A stretch of 64,000 bases of DNA. It comes from the human T2T-CHM13v2.0 reference genome, Homo sapiens. The position numbers were made by a program, and so were the translations under genes. The notes beneath the pieces are model-generated. The model was not told where the DNA came from. It was given only the letters and a program-made list of their open reading frames with translations, and did no database searches. This document shows, one piece after another, positions 57,212 through 64,000 of the stretch; position 1 is the stretch's first letter, and each line of letters begins with the position of its first letter. The stretch lies in assembly GCF_009914755.1 (NCBI RefSeq), contig NC_060939.1, one strand, 5' to 3'.

Positions 57212-58259
57212 AAATGCAGCATTTTCTAAAAGGAGGCCACAGGATTAAGAAGGAAGAACATGGGCTTCCAAGTTAAGCAAACCTGGATTCACATTTTGTC
57301 TCTACCGTTTAATATCTGTGTATCTCAATGAGGAACATATGGTGGCTGAACATCCTCTTTGGTGAAACTAGGCTATAGAATCATCTTTGGGAGTGTGCTC
57401 ATGTCTCAGTTTACCTGAAATGCATCCCACAAACAAGATGGACCAATACATGGACAGAGGGATAGACAGATTGATCAATATGTGATCACACAAGATGTCA
57501 ATGGTATAATAAATCTAAATGGTCGGTATATAGGGTTGGCTGTAAAATTCATTTGACTTTTCTGTATATTCCAAAATAATCAAAATACCTGTCTGAGTTG
57601 ATGTGAGAATTAAATATGATGGTATACAGGTGCTTGAAACCTGGTATCTCCAACTTCTGTATTTTTTCAGTGGCACACAGAAGTGTCTCATGTCACTTAT
57701 GGAAGCGGTCTGATAACATTTTGTAGGAGTGATGGGACCCAGATCCTTTCATAGTCCCTGCTCCCCACCTTATTCCAGCCTGTATGTTTGTTCTGCATCA
57801 CAGAAAAAAGTAGAGATGCTTACTGGATGGCAGGATAGAGGTTAGAGTAAGAGGAGAGAAGCTTATCTCACTTTGGGCAAATCTTCCCTTTGTAAGTGTT
57901 ATTAAACTGGAAAAAAATGAGGTGCCTTAGAATTAGCCCAAGAAGTGGTAACTCTAAAAGCAAGGCCGTGTAGATAAATCCCACTGGACAAAAAGTTGTA
58001 CTTAGCTAGCCGAGGTCTCTGCTCATTCTTCATTCCACAGCATCTATCTTCCTTAAGGAAATTATGACAAAGAAGTGTTTCCTGTATCTAGTTTGCACTG
58101 TGGAGAAAACAAAATATGAATATGAAATGTAATGATTAGTTTCAGCAAAATGTCTATTTTTCCTATTATCAAAATTTTCTCCAATTCTTGCAAAATAATA
58201 TAATCAGTAAGATGTTTAATTCCTTAAAGTTTAGCAACACATAGCTTATTTTTAATAAA

Positions 58260-59790
58260 ATGCAGAGCTCCTTGGGGAAACAGCTGATTCCAGGGCAAAA
58301 ATAATAGAAAATGAGAATCTAGTTAAAAGGCCACAGCAGCTACATTGGAGGGGCTTCCACTAATCAAACGTGGAACAATTTGAGCAACAAAATAAATAAG
58401 TAGAGTAACCCATAGAATAAAATAATAACCCATGAGTCCTCATTGAGATAAATGTGTAAGTAAACTAATGTTGCAGAAATAAAATGCTTTCTCATGGAAG
58501 TATTCCAACTAAATGCAGAAGAAATGATGGAATTAGAATATTCCCATTTGGCAACCACTATAGTAATAAGTATTTTAGACAATCATCAAGGATGCTAAAA
58601 CTTGTGGACAAAAGTATGATGAGAAAGGGCACAGGTACCTCGTCTCTAAGTGTCTCCTCACAAGATACCTGATAATTACAAGCAAAACAACAACTTTCAG
58701 GTGGAGAATCCTGCAAGATGTTACCTTAAACTATTGATCAAAGTTAGTAGCACTAATTGTCTTTGTTCAGGATGCTTAACAGAACAGCATAGACTGAATG
58801 GCTTATAAACAAAAGAAATGTATATCTTGCAGTTCTGGAGGCTGGGAAGTCCAAGATTAAGGCACCAGCAGATTTGGTGTCTGGTGAGTGCCCACTTCCT
58901 GCTTCATAGTTGGCACCTTCTTGTTGTGTCCTCACATGGTGGAAGGGTGAGGGAGCTTCCTGGAGTCTCTTTTATGAGGGTACTAATCCCATTCATGAGG
59001 CCTCCATCTTCATGACCTAATCAATTCCCAGAAGACCTACCTCCTAATACCATCACCTTGGAGTTAGGATTTCAACATGTGAATTTGAGGGTGGGTACAA
59101 ATATTCAGTCTATAGCACCAATAATGAGAGAAATCATCATCATGTGCCTCCTGATATCATGCACTAGGAAGGACACAGACCACTTCCATGATAGTCCTGA
59201 CAAAAGGGCATATGGTGAATCTAAACACAAGGAAGCGTTAGACAAAGCCAGATTGAGGGAAATTCCGCAAAATACTTGTATATTGTTCAAAATTGTCAAT
59301 CATGAAAGATAAAGACTAGAGACCATTTTGGATTAAAGAAGCATAAAGAGATACCATATGTAAATGTAGCGTATGATTCTGAACTGGATCCTCAACCAGA
59401 AAAGCTTTTATTTTGCTATATAGGACATTAGTGGGACAATAGCGAAAGTTTTAATATTTGTAGATTAGCTAATGTGGACTCTATCAAAGTTAAGTTTCTG
59501 ATTTTGATAATCATGTTAGAGAATATTGTTGTTTTTAGGAAATACACACTGAGGTACCTAGAGGTATAGAGTATAATTCTGCTTTTTCTCAAACTTCCCA
59601 GAAAAAAAAAATTGAGTAGATACTAAGACATACACACACAGACACACACACATAGACACAGTGAGAATCAAGCAAAGGTGTTAAGATGTTAATACTTGAG
59701 GAACCAAGGTAAGGATTATATAGAAATTCTAAGCACTATTTTTGCAACTTTTCTCAAAGTCTGAAATTATGTCAAAATTTTAAAATAGAA
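58260..59790 (+). mobile_element. L1MC/L1MD-type 3' UTR split by a MaLR LTR
   Basis: GAAATGATGGAATTAGAA..CCCATTTGGCAACCA, ATCAAAGTTA...|...AATCATCATCATGTGCCTCCTGATA and GATTCTGAACTGGATCCT. Confidence 0.75.
58758..59117 (-). mobile_element. MLT1A/MSTD-like solo LTR
   Basis: TGTCTT...CAGTTCTGGAGGCTGGGAAGTCCAAGAT...ATTCAGTCTATAGCA, with 5-bp flanks CTAAT/CCAAT. Confidence 0.88.
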
Positions 59791-59857
59791 AACAATCTTT
59801 TTCACAAAAAGTATATATTTGTAAGTTCTTAGTCAACCTTTAAAAGCACATTATATA

Positions 59858-59903
59858 TTTGGTTGGTGCAAAAGTAATTGCAGTTTTTGCCATTACTTTT
59901 AAT
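59858..59903. mobile_element. Half MADE1 (mariner MITE)
   Basis: GGTTGGTGCAAAAGTAATTGCAGTTTTTGCCATTACTTTTAAT is one arm plus the centre of MADE1. Confidence 0.92.
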
Positions 59904-60483
59904 ACGTTTTAAATTTCCCCAAATTTCTAATTGTTTGCCTCCAAACAGGCAAAAAAAAAATCTGAATTTCTCATGATTTCTGAGTTTTTGAGAATTTTAC
60001 TTTTCTTGCCTTAAAAAACGTTCTTCTAGAGCATTGATTTCCTCTGATGGATGACCAAAATTCAAAGTCAAATTAAAACTCCCACAGAGCTCAAGGTGAG
60101 CCCCGTTGTGACATTATGCAACTCACCTGGTGCTGTTGTGAAAGGATTTCACTGCACCTCAGCACTGAAGTTCTAAGCTCCCTCAATACATCTGTATGCC
60201 CTTCTAAAGATTGTGATCTTGTGTTGTGGTTGTTTCACAGACCTTCACTTCATTCCCTACCCCACTCCCACTACTTGAGGACTTGGAACTTGGGTTTTCA
60301 TATTGTTTCCACCGAGTCTAGCACAGTGTTTAAAATTTGGAATGCTAAAAATGACATTTGTTATGATCTCACATTTTTTAGGCGTCTCTTCAAAAAAAAT
60401 CCCCTTAAATGTCTACATGTCGTGTTTACTCACAGAGCTATTCCCTGAAGAAAGGGCACTTTGATTTACTGAATGCCCACGAT

Positions 60484-60555
60484 GCCATCTAGTTCAGTCC
60501 TTAATATTACCACCTAGTTCAAATTTGCCGTCTATTTCAGTCCTTAATATTACCA
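60484..60555. repeat. 29-bp direct duplication (period 43) at a MIR edge
   Basis: GCC(A/G)TCTA(G/T)TTCAGTCCTTAATATTACCA at 60484 and 60527. Confidence 0.9.
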
Positions 60556-60723
60556 TATGACTGTAGGTATTGATATTCTCACTTGGCAGATGAGAAAATT
60601 GAAGTACAAAAGGTTTTAAAATTGCTGAAGCTTACACGGTAAATAAGTTGCAGAGCTAGAATTTTAACTCAGACTAGCTTAATGCCAAGCCCATGAGAGT
60701 TCCCATAAGTAACTCTTGATTTC

Positions 60724-62055
<1,332 letters not shown>

Positions 62056-63097
62056 AAGTAACTCTCGATTTCAATCAATTATTCTATTTCACAGTTTAGA
62101 CAAGCAATCCCATTGAACAGGCACCCATTTGTACAGCTGGTCCTTACAGATGCTTCCTTTGGTTCCCCTGCAGATTTGGGGGAGAGGAGATGGAAAATAA
62201 AAACACGGTTATGGAAGAGTAAATTGAAAATGAAGCTCATAGCCACTTGGAATTAAGGAATAAAGTGGTTGCTTATTGACATGCTTTGTATAATATCTGC
62301 ATTGGAAAATAATTTATAGGGCTATGTTCTCTCACATTTTATCATTGGAAAGAAGTGAGAGAAAAACTCCAAGAAGGACTGAGAGGCACCTGGGCCCGGA
62401 TTCATGCTAGATATCATTCATCAGAACAGCTGGTTTGTCCAAAAATAATGATAGCCCAGGCTTCTGTTTTCCCTCAGCACTTGATATCCCTTCTTTTCTT
62501 TACTGTTTAGCAGAAGATAGAAGCTATGATGTTGGGAACTGCACACCTCAGAGCTGCTAGCATGAATGGTAGGGCTCCAGCTCACTCAGTCCCAAGCCCT
62601 AATGCTCCTTGCTTCCTTCTGACATGGCCACATACCAGGAAAGGCAAATGCTTCAGGGAGAGTTGGGCCATTCATCCACCAAGAATGAGAGAAGCCACAC
62701 GGGGAAGGGTGGGAAAATAATAATAAAAGCGAACAGCTAATAACTAATAGATGTTGACCTGAGAAGCAAGGAAGAACTTGATGCAAGACCTTGGAGGATA
62801 TTGAAGACAAGGAAAATGCTCCTTGATACCCTGTCATCACGTATTCCATGACATAGCCTAGGAAGGTCATTGGCAAACATCTTTGGAGAGCAATCTGGAA
62901 TTCTCCAAATGAACCACCCACCTTGGAAGAGATTCTCTGTAGCTAAATAGGGGTTACCTAGTTTGAAGTCTAGGGAGATGAAAGGCTCCTTCTTTGGCCA
63001 AATAATAGCTAGTGATTACAGGCATCACCATATGAAGGAAATGAACCACCAAACTGAGCCCTGTCCAAATTCATGAGTCACAAAATTGTATAATATA

Positions 63098-63531
63098 CAG
63101 CTGACCCTTACAACATGGGTTGTAATTGCTCAGGTCTACACTTACATGGATTTTCTTGTGCCTCTGACACCCCTGCGACAGCAAGACCAACTCTTCTACT
63201 TCCTCCCCCTCCTCAGCCTACTCAATGTGAAGACATTGAGGATGAAGACTTTTATAATGATCACTTCCACTTAATAGTAAATATATTTTCTCTTCCTTAT
63301 GATTTTCTTAAGAACATTTTCTTTTCTCTAGATTATTTTATTGTAATAATGTGGTATATAATACATATAACATACAGAATATATGTATTCATCGACTATG
63401 TTATCGGTAAGGCTTCTGGTCAACAGTGTGATATTAGTGGTTAAATTTTGAGGGAGTCAAAAGTATTTGTGGATTTATAACTGAGATGGAGGTTGGTGCC
63501 ACTCACCGTCTTGTTGTTCAAGGGTCAAGTG
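63098..63531 (+). mobile_element. Tigger2a (MER28), complete
   Basis: TA|CAGCTGACCCTTACAAC ... GTTGTTCAAGGGTCAAGTG|TA, showing both TIRs and the TA TSD. Confidence 0.92.
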
Positions 63532-64000
63532 TAACAAAACATTTCTTTGTACGCAAAGCTTCAATTGTTGCTGTCTTAAGCATTTGAATTCGATGATAGT
63601 TTGTTACAGTAATAGATGACAGGAACACTGGGCCTCAGTATCCCCATCTGTAAAATAAAAGGATTGGCCTTCACGCACTCCAAGAGTCCTTACAATCCTA
63701 AAGAATCCCTTGATATGCACTTTTTGTTTCTCTTACCTGAGTAATGCATCAATTTTTGCTAAAGTGACTCTGTGTTATTCCTGCTAGCATACAAACTGCT
63801 GTGAGAACTACATTTTTGAGCTACTGCGTTGGCCCCGAGTGTTTACTATAGAATTGAAATGTTTCACCAGATGGGAGCCTCAGCATACACCATGAAAGTG
63901 GGGTCCACTCTTCCAGTATGCAGGGCACCCTTGCTTATGGTGTTAGACTCTCATTCAGAACTCTGCTAGCTACAACAGTAAAACCAGGAGGCCAAGAGCA

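Noticed and set aside
63115-63444. 109-aa ORF with a Pro/acidic stretch
   Set aside because: It lies wholly within non-autonomous Tigger2a and has no DDE domain.

Overview
This is primate (human-like; AluY and L1PA3 point to a catarrhine or hominoid) non-coding DNA, intergenic or deep-intronic, and dominated by interspersed repeats. It holds six L1PA-type LINE-1 fragments, several old L1M and L2 relics, 12 Alus, MIRs, MaLR/ERVL LTRs, an ERV-L internal relic with a recognisable dUTPase remnant, and DNA-transposon fossils (Tigger2a x2, MER33, MER20, MER53 x2, MER94 x2, half a MADE1). I cannot support any host protein-coding gene, tRNA, rRNA or CRISPR array. The long ORFs are L1 ORF2 remnants, Alu or LTR read-throughs, or chance ORFs. 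The best-supported unusual signals are mechanistic footprints: (i) two L1 insertions with apparent 3' transductions inside their TSDs (~255 bp at 60737-60990, 23 bp at 31731-31753); (ii) two twin-primed, 5'-inverted L1s with almost the same junction sequence; (iii) several fold-back or template-switch insertions, one forming a hairpin inside a Tigger2a; (iv) a compact CACCC/NF-E2/E-box/GATA motif cluster near 46.5 kb within a repeat-poor block at ~44.4-46.9 kb. I see no evidence of a wholly new biological system. Subfamily names come from recalled consensus sequences, and boundaries of old repeats are approximate.
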